NCBI GenBank assembly: GCA_044892505.1
Contig: CM097882.1
Span: 35,774,001-35,838,000, forward strand
From: Schmidtea nova
Taxonomy: Eukaryota
Length of the DNA: 64,000 nucleotides
Direction of reading: 5' to 3'
Within the stretch, counting starts at the first letter, position 1, and the number at the start of each line of letters is the position of its first letter. Made by a program: the position numbers and the translations under genes. Shown piece by piece: positions 50,984-64,000 of the stretch. A model generated the notes under the pieces. It saw only the letters and a list, made by a program, of their open reading frames with translations. It did not search any database and had not been told where the DNA came from.

Positions 50984-52109
50984 ATACTCTTTCAAGTGTT
51001 AAAAATTTGAAGTCAGATTCTAACGAATAGGTAATTAAAAGGCAATGCCAGAATTTCTTATATCTATCAATTGTCATAAAGATGTCGCTGGCGAGAATGT
51101 AATATTTAGACTAAATAATTTAGTCACTTGAAATAAGTAATAAATGACATCATTTTAGAACTCCGACTTTCTACATTAATCATCAAATATACAGGTAAAT
51201 ATTATCAGTAATATTTATTATAATATTAATTATGAGTTTGAACAATTAAATATCATTAATAATTAACTATTTGAAATAAAAATAAAATTACATTCAAATA
51301 TTAAAATTAGCAATTTTAAAAATAATTGAAAATGTTTAATATTATTTTAAAGATGTTTTTAAAAAAGTATACGAATTTTTTATATTTTGAAAAAAGTTAT
51401 ACCGAAAAATCTTTGTTAAAAGAACAATTTATAGTCTTTATGAGAAAATTAAAATTTCTGAAATTGAAAAGAAAAGATCAAAGATGAAAATAAGCGATGT
51501 TAATGATAAATCATTAAATGTTTTTCTATTTTTTTATAACTAGAATTTTAATTTAAAATTATTATTTGTTAGAAATTTTAGAAAATTAAACAATTTTTTA
51601 GTAAATAAAATTTTTTGTCATGTTGTATTTTAAAAATAAAAAACAAGCACGTCTCTGTTTGCTATTTGTTTTCTTTCATGGGGCTTTGCGGAAAAATATA
51701 AATTGACTAATATATAATAAAAATGAAAAATTTTGACTTTTACAGATTGATTGAACATTTAAAATGATATTTATGTCTTCAGATGCTCATTCCACATCTT
51801 TCCCAATAAATTTATATGTTACACTAGCCGACATCAAAATTTTTTATTTGATGAAAACATATTTAAGTAGGGTGTTTTTGTATACTGATACCTAAAATGA
51901 TATCGAAATTTGTCCATCTCGTCCAGTTTTTTAAATGAAAAAATATCCGAAAATTAGCAAAATGTTTATTTTGAATTAAAATCAGTTGAATGTCATCAAG
52001 TTTTTTTTTGAGAATCATAGATAATTAAATTACACAAAACTGTAAATGTTACTTATTGGAAATCGCTAGCATTTGTGAGTATAGTCAAAAATCGTATTTA
52101 AGAGTTTCT

Positions 52110-52700
52110 AGGTAAAAAAAGTAATATTTAGCATCCAAAAGAAGTCATCCATCATCGTTGGATTTGACTGACCTTGGCAACGATTCTCAAGAGACTATTG
52201 TTTGATGAGGTCTTTCACTGTGTTCATAAGAGACCTTTTCTAGGTATTCCGGGAAGAAGTAAAGATGATTTTTGATGAAATGAACTTTGACTAACATGAA
52301 ATAAAACAAAAGAATATAGAAGCATTTCAATGATATAAAACATTGAGTCAAAATACATTCTTATCTGCAAATGCATTCAACAATTTTGCAAGAATCCCAG
52401 GTTCTAAGTTCTGATTGAATAAGTACAATTTGAATGCATCACTTTTCATTATCTTCTTCAGCTGGAGACCTAAAAATACTCCTACTTCGACTTTCCTTCA
52501 GAAAATCAAGAAAATAAATTTCTAACTTTCAGTGTCTAGAGCCTCAATAAATTACTTGAAGATTCCCAATTTTATGTGAAGAAGGGGGGGGTAACAAGAT
52601 TATTATTGTTTGTTTGTCAAAATCCCATTTTCTTTACATTGATACTTCCATTTGTTTGTCAAGGATTTCCATTTAAATAGAGATTATTACCATTAGGAAT
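52110..52700 (-). mobile_element. CMC/Chapaev-like transposase relic
   Basis: Minus strand reads LLPPLLHIKLGIFK*FIEALD...GVFLGLQLKKIMK and FFPEYLEKVSYEHSERPHQTI...RCQGQSNPTMMDDFFWML. This is the family motif LPPLHIKLG...SDEHGERFHQ...RYQG...MLADYCW. The superfamily label is from memory. Confidence 0.6.
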
Positions 52701-53422
52701 TTTGAAAGTCTTTGACAGTTATTCCTTAAGATTTGTTGATACAAGAAAAAATTAATGTTAAATTGCATTTCTATCAAATTATTGGAAAAATAGTCCGACT
52801 GTATTTAATGTCAAAAAAATTATTTTATTAATTTTGCTTTGTGCACAACTTTAAGAGACCCTTGAATATAATTATCCCATTTACCCATCTTACCAACAAT
52901 ATTGCTTTAATTGTTTTAATCTTCTAATGAAAAATACTCAAATAAATGAAATGAAATAAAAAATCAGACGAATTTGATAATAAATTTTAATAAATATTTT
53001 ATTGTTAAATTGTTATTTACAATTATTATTTAGTTTCTAAAATTTTTTTTCATTTTAATTTTAAATCGAATCCCGCTATGTTAAATGTAGTTATATTTAA
53101 ACAAATTTTCTCAAATTTTCCAATAATAATTTTATGCCAATTCCCAATTATCAAAAGTAAAATTAAGACTGATATACGACTCAATAAATGATTCTACAAT
53201 TTTAGAAAATTATTTATTCAGGAATTTGTATATTTATTCTTTGCTAAACTAAATTTAATGACTTAAATTTTTAAAAAAAATTTCGAAATTTATTTTGGCC
53301 AGATTTTCAAAATTTAGATTTATTCACATCAGATTTAGTTGAGTAAAGTTTGGGAAAAATTTATAATTTTTGAATTTTCATTCAATATCAAAGGATTGTG
53401 ACAAGGTAATTAATTATAAATA

Positions 53423-53640
53423 CTAGGCTATATCCCGTGCTAGCACGGGTAATTAGTTTGAATACTTAAAGCCTTGTCACTGTATGTATGTGTCTGTAAC
53501 GCTGATAATAAATCAACTTAATAAATTTATTTTAATAAATTTTAATAAATTTCAATTTTAATCTACTTACTATAGTAAGTAGACTGTCTAATGTGGTCAG
53601 CGTTACAGACACATACAGTGACAAGGCTTTTATATATATG
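53423..53640 (-). mobile_element. non-autonomous mini-Helitron (~220 bp)
   Basis: The minus-strand 3' end has a 16-bp palindrome CCCGTGCTAGCACGGG, a 7-nt spacer and CTAG|T. An internal inverted repeat AAAGCCTTGTCACTGTATG...TCTGTAACGCTGA lies at about 53468 and about 53597. The 5' TC end is not clearly preserved. Confidence 0.65.
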
Positions 53641-54902
53641 TATATCAAAACTTTTCTACTCAAAAACACTTGAGAAAAAATCTTTGGAAAATTCATGTCA
53701 AATATAAAACAAAATATTGATCGAAAGTCTGAAAAAAGAAATGAAGATAATGGAAGTTGAAAAAAATCGATGATGGAGAAAATCAAAGTTCATTTTTCAT
53801 TTTTAATCAAATCATTTGAGTAATAATGAGAAAATTAAAATATCTGAAAAACTTACAAATAAATAGTACATCAAGTGTCACCCACTGCTATCAGTGTGAA
53901 CTAATTAAATCTCCTATTATATAATATAAATTGTAATACAAACTTTTATTATTCTTCACATTTAACGAATTCATTTATTTTCATTTTTTAAGACAATCGA
54001 TCAAAGCAAAAAAAAATTCTTTATCCATTCTACATGAATTTTCGGCACTACTTTTTCAAATTTTATTTGTATTTGAAAAGATATAATGACATTTTAGAAA
54101 GTTGGTATCAAAAATACTGTATAAAATCAATTACGAAAAAGAGAGAAAAAATTTGGATTAATTATCTGAAAAAAAATAATGTTAAACGAATTTAAAATTT
54201 ATTTCAGAAAAAATACAAACTTGAAAATTAGAAATTTATGAAAATATTCCTTGGCATCAGTGAACAAAAAACATCATTAAGTTATAGAAAGTATAAAAAA
54301 ATGTGCTTTTTCAGTATATCGTTTTTAGAATTTTGTAAATAAATTAATTTTACTTTCAATTTCTTCAAACTATAAAATTATTAAATTTTGTGTAATAATA
54401 AATATTCATAGGTAACATTGAATATAAAATTGCTATTAAATATTGAAATTATAAATTCATTATTTTTCCGTGTTTTAATATTAGTAGATGTTGCCAATAT
54501 TTTTGAAAATAATTAACATTGGAAATTGCTATATTAATATTATTATTTTAACTATTATTATTAAAAAATATTACATCATCAATGAATATAATAAATTGAA
54601 AAAATTACATTATGAATTTACTGTTTATTCAATTCGCTTTTATTAATTTATCTTATAAAAATATATAAAAAATAAAGAAAATTAATTTAAGAAAATAGAC
54701 ATTTGAAATACATATAACTAAATTTATATTTTTAAAATAAATTAAATTACATTTATATATTATTTTTGTTAATCCAACAATAAATATTAAAATTAATTAT
54801 TTTAGATTTTATTGTGTTTTTATAATTTTTTAATTTAATTAGAATTAATAGAGTTGTTTTATTTAATTGACTCAATTTTTTATTTTTCTGGTTTATGAGT
54901 GT

Positions 54903-55400
54903 TGTTGGGTTATTAACAAATACTCGAATGATATCTGACTTCTGTGTCCTTTCTTTAATAACAATGAAAAAAGCCCAACACAATAATCTTTATTTTCAAA
55001 TTTTTCAATATACAAAAGTTTAATTACACAAATTTGAATATGCACACTTCAAGCGTTAGGGTAAAAGTCCCTATGGAAAATATCCCTTTCTGGTACCCAA
55101 ATAAATTGAGTTAATTTTATTCAAATTTTGTTTCACTTTAACTTCCTTTATTTACCTTCGGTTACCATTTTATCTTTTGAAATTTTAGCTTTGAATCAAC
55201 TAGTTATTCGATGTGGTTTTTTTTATCGCTTTTACAGTTTTTCTACTTTGTCAAAATTTTGAGAACGTCCTTAACTTGGAATGTGATTTGATTATCAACT
55301 TTTCTTTTTTGGTTTTTGATGATTCCCACTAGTACAATTTGCTAAACTTAGAATTACTTGATTTGAGCCTCTAGAAAATAATTTTTAATTCCTTCAAAGA
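54903..55400 (-). mobile_element. partial LTR (U5 side), related to the 56992 LTR
   Basis: Begins TGTTGGGTTATTAACAAA...TATCTGACTTCTGTGTCC, paralleling 56992-57200. Confidence 0.65.
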
Positions 55401-56991
55401 AATAAAACATTAAGTAATATTTTCAATATTAAAATTAAATTTATATTCAAATTAATTAACTAATATTATAAGAAAAAATTGTAATAACTATAATTAAAAC
55501 TGGAATTGTTTTAATAACTAGTTATAAGCTAAAAGTTAAAATTCAAATAATGTAAATAATTTTCAAAAATTAGTAAACACTAAAAAATTAATTGTAAACA
55601 CAAACATACGTTTGTAAATACCGTAATATAAATTTTTTTTAAATAATAATTATTGAACATATATTTTATTATTATAAAATATATTTGATCATTTACCTTT
55701 AAATATAAATTATTATTAAAAATCAAAAGACACTGTAATAAATATAGAATAATTTTAAAATTAAATTACACCAATCATTAATAAATTATGCTATTTATTA
55801 CAAAATAAAGTAAGAAAATTAAGTATGAATAAAGAAATTTATTTAAAATATCAATAAATTGTAAATAAAAAATTAATCTATTTAATCATTAAGTTAAGAA
55901 TAAAAATTAATCTATTTAATCATTAAGTTAAGAATAAAAATTATATATATATAATGATAAAAGAAATAATTAATTAAAAAAACTAATTCAATTATCAATT
56001 TTGAAGAAACTAAATAAAAATTAAAATCATTCATATGATCCTATAAAAATTATTATTTTATACATATATTTTTATTACATTGTAGAGAATTAAATTTTAC
56101 ATATAAATTGTTACATTTAAAACACAACAAAAGTATCAATCTACAAATAAAATCAATTATTTGCAACAAAAAACGTAACACGAAAAAACAGTAACTTTTA
56201 AATTTTGAATTACTGCATTTTATCGAAAATTAATATTTCACATACAATATTACAATGAAAATTAAATTTATTTTTATATTGTATAGATCAAAGCTCAATA
56301 AAGTTATTTTTAATAGATGAAAAAAGCAAAATTAATTACTAAACACATGTGCAATAAAAACAAAACGACAAACTAAATTTTTAATCAAGCCATTTTATAA
56401 GGAATTAAATTCTACATATACATTGTTAATGTGAAAACTCATTATTATATCATCAAAGAAAATCAATTATTAATCACAGAACACGTGTTCGGGCGCAAAA
56501 CACAACATTTTGAAGTTTTATTTCTGCTATTTTGTAGAGAATAAAATTCTGTCTATACATTGTTACAGCGAGGAAAAAGAAAAATCTCAATTTAAGGCAC
56601 AAGATAAAAGAAACTGTAGGGACAAGTGAATGCTCTGACACAAACCATTTATAACTAAGCTGTATAAATTGCATACTAATTATACAGTGACCCCCATACG
56701 CGATGATGAAGCTGATTATCAATTTGTCGATGATCAATTTACTGACGACATTTATCGAAGAAAGATTTATTTTAAACTTGTGTGTTGTTAATTTTTAACC
56801 ATTCAATTTTGAGTATTTTGGTGTAAAAATTATTGATTTCTGACCATTTTTGAAAGTTTTTGAAAATAATTTGAAAAATTAAATAGAAAATTATAGTATT
56901 GCATCATCAATTATTCAATGTGTGAAGTATTATGTACTATATAAAATACTACGTCATCGATTATATAATACATAAAATGGTACGTAACATA

Positions 56992-59247
56992 TGTTGGGTT
57001 ATTAATGAAAAGTCGGTTGGTATCTGACTCCTGTGTTCTCTTTTTATCACGACAATAAATTACACCCCACAATAATTTTTATTTTCTCCAATTTAATCAC
57101 AAAAATATCAATCAATAAAGTTATAACTGGTATCTGCGCTTTTCTGCGTTAGAGTAGAAGACCCAATGGGAGATATTCCTTTCTGATAGGCAGGAAGATT
57201 GAGTAAATTCGAATTCTACCTAGAGTTTTCTCTTAGAGTTTTCTTCTACCGCTTTCAATAGTTTGCTCAATTTGCAATTTTAAAATTTTTCTTCGATCAC
57301 TCTGGCAAGCTCGGCAAAGTGCGCTCCGTTTATAAAGTGCCTTGTTGCTTGGTCCTGTCACACTTTAATTAAACTGTCAGCTGCTTAATTAAATCGGAAA
57401 TTGCTGCTAAGATGGTTTGCAGCTTCTTTCCCCGGGCACCCTTTAATTAGTCCAAATATTTTAATTAATAGATTATTTGACGACAAGAGTTTTCCACAAC
57501 GCTCGGGTTTCCCATAAGGTAATTAATTATGTAAATTAATTTGTATTTTCTTAATATTTCTTTCTAAAGACTCTTATATAATTTTATATAATCATATTTG
57601 AATTCGTCTCATCATTTGACATCCTCCCATACAAGTTTCCCCTCAAAATCTTTATTTTTGAATTTTATAAATATTATTTTAATATTTGCACTTTAAATTC
57701 TTTTTTCTAATTTCCGTATTTTTATCGATTTGCACATAGTTTTTGTGCTTTTTAACTTTTTATTTCAAGCCTGTTCAGGCAACCCCAACATCCCTCAACC
57801 CTTTAAAGAAATTTCGTCCTTGAAATTGTTTTAATCGATTTACACGATCGTGTTAGCATTTTTTTGTGCTGTTGGAGTTATTTTCAAAGACTTTGTATCA
57901 CATTTTGCTCGCCAATCCTATTGAAATCACTAAAAAATATAAATTGTAATTTTCAAAACATTAATAAATATAATTTCTTTTTGAATTTCAAGAGTTGAAA
58001 CGTTTACAGAATGAAATATTCAAATAATTACTAAGATTTCACTATAATCACTAAAGAAATAATATTACATTGAAACCACTTTCAATTTCCGTAATTGTGT
58101 CTCAAATAATTGAAAATTTTGAAAATTTGAAGGTTTTGACCTTTCGAAACTTTTATCCTACATTTAGGTGATACTAGTTCTTTAGTGAACTTTGTTCCTC
58201 TCATTTTCCTCTACAAAATATCAAAAACTAAAGATTTTACCAAGGTTTTGACACCTTGTGTCTTCGAAACTTGGAAAGATACGATCTTAATTCTATGGAC
58301 AATTTTGATCAACTCATCATTCTCTGCAAAATATCAAAAGTTTGTTGAGATATTTTTTTACCCCTGTATCTTCAAAAAACTTCAAAATCGCTACCATTGG
58401 AAACGCTTGAATTTAAAAGATAATTTGGCGGTTTTTTCGCAATCTGCTTTCTAAGTACATTTGGAGTATTGTATTAAAATTTGCTTCGGACAATTTTTTA
58501 TTTTGATCCTTAAAATGACTAAAACCTTTCTACCTTTGAGAAGTGTGAAGCACCAAAATGTTTATTCACATAAAATATGTTCAACTTTACACTATTGACA
58601 ATAAATTACTGATTTCCCCCATTTAACTTTTTTCTAATAACCATAAATAGTGAAAGACGTCTAATATTTATGTTTTAAAATTATTAAAACCTTGAAAGAA
58701 TTATCTGTAAATACTTTGAAGAATTGATGCTCATATTCAACACTGTCTTAAGCATTTACCTTTTGTTATTAAATATATACATATATACATACATACTCAC
58801 ATTTAACGTTTAATTCTCCATCACATCCAATGTGGTTTCCACAATTCAAATATATAATCGCGATGTAGCAGGTCATCGGAAGAAGAATATAATCTTTAAT
58901 ACGTGTGATTCTTTCCTCTATATCTTTATTTTCATAAAAGCTTAATCATGCCCATATCAATTTTAGAATAATGGTTTCCCATTAAGTTATTAATTATTTT
59001 AATTAATTTGTATTTTCTTAATATTTCTTTCTGTGGACCTTTTTAAAATTTTATATAACCATATTTGAATTTGTCTCATCATTTGGCATCCTCCCATACC
59101 GGTTTTTTTATTTTTGAATTTTATAAATTTTATTTTAATATTTGCACTTTAATTATTATTTTTCCAATTTTCGTATTTTTATCGATTTGTACATAGTTTT
59201 TGTGCTTTTTAACTTTTTATTTCAAGCCTGTTCAGGCAACCCCAACA
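56992..59247 (-). mobile_element. internally deleted LTR retrotransposon (Gypsy-like): 3' LTR 56992-57790, internal remnant, truncated 5' LTR ~58970-59247
   Basis: A 4-bp TSD CATA lies at 56988-56991 and 59248-59251. A purine-rich tract AAAGGGTTGAGGGA abuts the 3' LTR on the minus strand. An integrase-tail-like HDRVNRLKQF precedes it. The two LTR copies share about 270 bp. Confidence 0.8.
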
Positions 59248-59389
59248 CATATAAAGCATTGCGTTATCGATTTCACGACGTATATAGTATTGCCAAAAAA
59301 ATTACTTAATGCTTGTATTATTGCGTAATGGTGTATACGTCACTGTGTAATTATTGCATAATTCATATATTATAAGGATAAATTTCTTG

Positions 59390-59720
59390 TTCCAGGCTTC
59401 TCACTTGTCCCTACAACTCGTCGTAATTTAATTTTCGACTCAGGTTTTCGCCTTATTTGGTCTCTCTACTAGCCAGGGTAACCTTGACTCTGGTTTCCTA
59501 TATAACTAATAAATTATTCATTAATTTTTAATTAATTTTTATTTATTGAATATCTTTTTCTTGGAACCCCTATTGATATTTTATTATCATATTCGTACTC
59601 TTCTATCAATTTTACATCTGTACATATCAATTTCCCCCGCACTATACTAATTTTTAATATTTTCTAATTCTTAATTATTTTTTGGTACTTATTTATTAAT
59701 AGTGAATTTAATGCTTTTCA
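59390..59720 (-). mobile_element. diverged LTR fragment (U3 side)
   Basis: Similar layout to the other copies: CTCAGGTTTTCGCC, CTCTGGTTTCC, ATTAATTTTTAATTAATT, TTGGAACCCCTATT and ATTTCCCCCG. Confidence 0.45.
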
Positions 59721-60030
59721 GCATTTTTTTGATTTTCTCTCAATCCCCGGCGCTCTCTCGTTTCACTTGCACTATTTTTGACGAACTTTAACAGTGTGGA
59801 ATTTTAATAAGATTTAATTTTTTAAATTTTGGAGAATGAAGATTTGTTTTGAAAATATAAATGTGTTCTGGAATCGTTTTTTTTTATTTTAATTTTCTCA
59901 ATTTTCCAGGGATAAATAATAATGTGTTAATTGGTTCTACTTTGATGGCAAGAGAATTTTTTTTTCAAATAATGGAATGAATCAGTATTAAGCAATGAAC
60001 CTGGCATATGCTAAGCCAATATTATTGAGG

Positions 60031-60412
60031 ATTTTTCTCTATGGGCCGTGACCTCATCATCAAGATGTTATATTTGGAATGGGACTGAAAGATAATTATG
60101 CCATCGATAAAGCTCACTTGAAGAGAGATATTCTTATTTTGAAATACCCAATCGAATACGATATCGTTTCCGACTGAGATGATATGGAAAAGATCTGACA
60201 TCTATAAAGAATTGAGAGTAGTTTCCGAAGAACACTCATTCTCATTTATTGAAGTTCTAATCAATGCAAATGCTAACAGAGGAAAAATGACTCTAGTCAT
60301 ATTTGAAACTTTTAATGCTCTAACTATATTTATTTCTTCTGTTCAAACTATGATCACTTTTTATGCTTCTGAAAGTACAACTGGCATTGTTTTAAATTCT
60401 GGAGACGGTGAA
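60031..60412 (+). pseudogene. actin pseudogene fragment
   Basis: Reads [47 protein letters not shown], then after a frameshift YKELRVVSEEH...ANRGKMTLVIFETFN...[16 protein letters not shown]. It is collinear with actin residues about 30-160, has stops, and shows no introns. Confidence 0.9.
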
Positions 60413-60890
60413 TATTTTTTACCTCATACTATTATTAGAATATGATTTAACAGGAGATTTAACTATTTATCTAATGAAAATTATGACGGAGAGGGAACAC
60501 AGTTTTGTGACTACAGCCAAGAGAGAATCTTTAAAAGATATTAAAGAAAATAATCGCGTGTCGCTCTTCATTTAGAATTTGAAATCCAATCAGTTATCTC
60601 TAAATGTTTTTTTACAGAAAGGGTGTGCAGGATCAAAGGTTTTTACAAAACTGAAAGTATTTTATCAAATCTCTAAAGTTTTCAATTTTTTTTAAATTTT
60701 AACAATAAACATACAAAGTTTTAAACCATCATAACAATAAACAATGAATGAAAATGTTGCTAAAAAGTATAACTTAATTTTGAAAATAATTTTACTATTG
60801 TATATAATATGTTAATTTATAATTTATTTTTATGAGTTAAATTTTCTATAGTTTGAGACATTTATTTATAAATATTATTTGCAATTATAG

Positions 60891-61139
60891 CAGTCACGTG
60901 TCTCACTGAAGATATTTTATTCAACCAAACTTGGAATATTGAGGAAACGTTGAAAATAAAGTTACCCAGTTCACTGGCATTAAAATCTGTTTTGACCCAT
61001 TCTGATATGTATTATCCATTGAATACAAATGTTATTTTTATGTGCAAAGCTAACTATGATACACCAAATCAAGTCATGGATCAGAATTTAATATGTTCAA
61101 TATTCGGAATTTGGATACCAAAATTAACCAAATGCATTC
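60891..61139 (+). CDS. exon of multi-sushi gene, module 4
   Basis: Acceptor TTATAG and donor GTTAGA at 61140. The exon is 249 bp, phase 1/1: VTCLTED...NVIFMCKANY...QNLICSIFGIWIPKLTKCI. Confidence 0.82.
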
Positions 61140-63109
61140 GTTAGAATTAATATTTTATTTGGAATTTTAAACGATTTTTATAATTATAATAATTAATAAT
61201 AATAGCAATTAAATAATTACGGTAATGATAAATTTTTAAACACAACTCCACTCAAACATCCGTTTTACGATATATTTTGATTGGTTCTCAGTCAAAACCA
61301 GATAGAAATTAAAATCTATATGGCTATTATAGAATATTCAAAGTTATAAATTTTATTATTTTAAATATTATTTATTACATTACATTGATAAATAAGATCC
61401 CAACCCAATCCAACTGAGATTTGAAATTTATTGATAAATATATTTCCATCTTTTCACAAATTAGAAAATCCTTATTTATTTATTTATTATTTATTATTAT
61501 TTGTTTGATTTCGTAAATTAGTAACATCCATAATTTCTCAAATATATATTTTAAAAACAATACCGATTTCTGATATTATTAAAACAATTTCTTTTTTATC
61601 TTAGGATATTTTAGCAAGCATGAGTCAATAATTGAATAGGGGATATTCATACACAAGCATTCAATAAACTTTTTATATTTTAATTTTCAATCATTCTTAA
61701 ATATGAAATATACAATCAAGCCAATTAATAACTTAAATATTTATATTTGATTTATTATGCTAATTTATAATTTTATTATCTAATTTTATTATATCTATTA
61801 AAAACTGAAAATTAAATACTGTTTCTATTTAATTATTCTCAGTATATTTTCAAACTTCTTACTTGTATTCCTCTTTTTATTTTTATATTCTTCCGATTAC
61901 TGCTATACAAACGTAAATTTTGACCAATCATATTTGCGAGAACAATTACAGTTGCCTATCACATCATTTGACAGGCGTATACTAGTCAAACAATTCAACG
62001 CTTGCATACTATTACATTGGTTTTGGGAATTGTTAATTCGCATATCAACAGTCTCAGATTATCATTAACAAATAATATTTTCAATATCCGTTCCGCATCA
62101 GCAACTCAGCTAAATTATCAACACTTAATATGTGTAAGTAGATGATTAACATGAAATAAGTCATTTTAAATATAAAATTTTTAAATAAAGCAAAATATTT
62201 CTTTTCACAACAATAAAAATTATAACCTTTAATTTCAATATTTTTCTATGAATTATATTGAAAAATTTTCTCTATTTATTCAATGAGAAACATGAATTCC
62301 GTTTAATGTTTTTCTCTTTAAATTCTAGTTAATTAAATCGTCATTATTCATTAAATCATGTAATTATTTTTCCGCTTCACACGCGAATACCTTCTCAGAC
62401 ATGCATGGAATATTTTGATTATTAAAATTTATTTATTTTAATTAATTAATTTTTATATTATTTAATATTAGTTTTTTCCTTTAAACCTACATTCGGTGAT
62501 TGAGGAAGTTTGTATCATTTTAATTAAATAATAATATTAAAATTTTTCATTGTTTTTAAATATTTTTAAAGACCAAAGCTTAATTTTTTCATTGGTGTAA
62601 TTTTTGAGTGTATCATAATAATTAATGAAAAACGCCACTAGTAAAACCTTCACACTACATATATTTTGACAGACTCCTTGTCATTTTCAGGCAATAGACA
62701 TCCAGAAAAAAAATTGTTTTATTCAATTTATTTAAAAAAACTTATAAGATATAATTACATAAATTTTATTTTAATAAAAATACATTTTTAATTTATTTAA
62801 AAATCAATCTAAAAATTATATTTTTTAATTATTTATTTAAAATAGTTTAATTTTAACAAAACTAATTTTATCATTAAATTCAGTTAATACAGCAACACAC
62901 TGGTGCTAACATACAAACTAAAATATTCAAAATGCACGTTTTTAGCACATAAATTTTTGGATTCAAAGCTCTAGAACAGTAATGCGTTCATAATTATTAT
63001 TAACATTTTTCGATAAGATTTTGAAATTAGACACCTATTTTTCTTTTACAATCTTTATTGTGATTATTAATATTGATTACTCCTTTATATCAACAATGTT
63101 CAAAAATTT

Positions 63110-63235
63110 GAGTAGAGATGACGAACATTCTCTAAAATGTCTATGACATCACACTCATTACATGTAAATTGATAAACGAAATCTGAACACAATCGAACCG
63201 GAGTTTGGAAATTATTAATAACATTAATTCCCATA
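63110..63235 (-). mobile_element. Penelope-like GIY-YIG endonuclease relic
   Basis: Minus strand reads TPVRLCSDFVYQFTCNE*CHRHF, resembling the PLE pattern P....S.VVY.FTC..C....RHL. Confidence 0.45.
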
Positions 63236-64000
63236 GCCTTATTTATATTTATTTTTTATGATTTTGTATCTAATTGAATTTTCTATTTTATTAGTATTTT
63301 GTTATTGATAAATATTTTTTCATATTTGTACCTAAAATTGAAAATGTTCAGCTGCAATGGTTAACTATTTTTCTAGATTTTTATTTTGAGCAAAATCATT
63401 TTCATAGGATTCACATTTTACTGATTCATTATAAATAAAATTATTCTTAACATTTTTCATTCGAAATTGACCATTTGATATGAAATTACCTCTACTTCTT
63501 TTAGTTAAAATCTTTCACTTTCTATCTGTTTCTATTTTAACAAATCTTTACTGGTAATGTTCTGGTTTGAGACTTCTAATTGTTTTAATGCTTGGCCATG
63601 TGTACGATCTTCTAGTTTGTTAGTAAGGCATCTCAGCAAATTACCATCGCAATTAATAATTCTTCCTAGAAGACAGCATGTCATGAATTTGATCAAAGCT
63701 TATCACTGATTTTACAGATCATAGCAATTGATTCAGCAGCTTCGTGTTTATCAGTTGGTATGGTGAGGTTTTGATGTTTTGTCACTGTTACATCTTTGAT
63801 GAGTTTCTCTCTCTTGTAATCGTTTACCCGTTAATCGGCAGCATGAAATTTACCCACATTCTGTAAATTAGATTTCACTTTTTCTAGATTTTTCACATCG
63901 AGTTTACTCCGTATCCTCAGTAAAATCAATCTATTTTAATTACTTTGACAGATCCAATTTTGTCATTTGATGTTTGATAATAATAACCACCGTAATTTTT

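Noticed and set aside
61975-62133. Candidate phase-0 exon AYTSQTIQRLHT...YQHLIC with GTAAGT donor
   Set aside because: It is plausible, but its phase is incompatible with direct joining to exon 60891-61139 and there is no recognisable homology. Left uncalled.
63560-63900. Possible retroelement coding relic (KTSPYQLI on the minus strand)
   Set aside because: It has only one short integrase-like motif amid many stops, and the class cannot be determined.

Overview
This is a very AT-rich eukaryotic genomic window, probably from an invertebrate (a planarian-like animal is a guess only), with nine N-gaps. The backbone appears to be one plus-strand host gene with very long introns. It is seen as four symmetric phase-1 exons that each encode a sushi/CCP module (2119-2379, 31440-31670, 37629-37913, 60891-61139). 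An intronless SVOP/SV2-like MFS transporter gene (4183-5652, minus strand) is nested antisense in the first of these introns. The remaining intronic DNA holds transposon relics (MULE, mariner, hAT, CMC/Chapaev-like, Penelope-like, Gypsy-type LTRs, a mini-Helitron), a self-palindromic MITE family, an actin pseudogene fragment, juxtaposed USP7-MATH and PSMA4 fragments, and GC-richer orphan ORFs. The most striking structure is at 12228-19557. It is a ~7.3 kb Polinton/Maverick derivative with AGTAG(G/T)AGG termini, ~210 bp TIRs and an exact 6-bp TSD (TGCGTT). It is almost entirely a fold-back palindrome: two ~2.4 kb inverted arms, each carrying the C-terminus of the protein-primed DNA polymerase B, meet at a nested hairpin. 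The element sits inside a 5'-deleted hAT element (12124-21439) with its own exact 8-bp TSD (TCTACACT). All assignments are by-eye motif recognition; no database searches were run.
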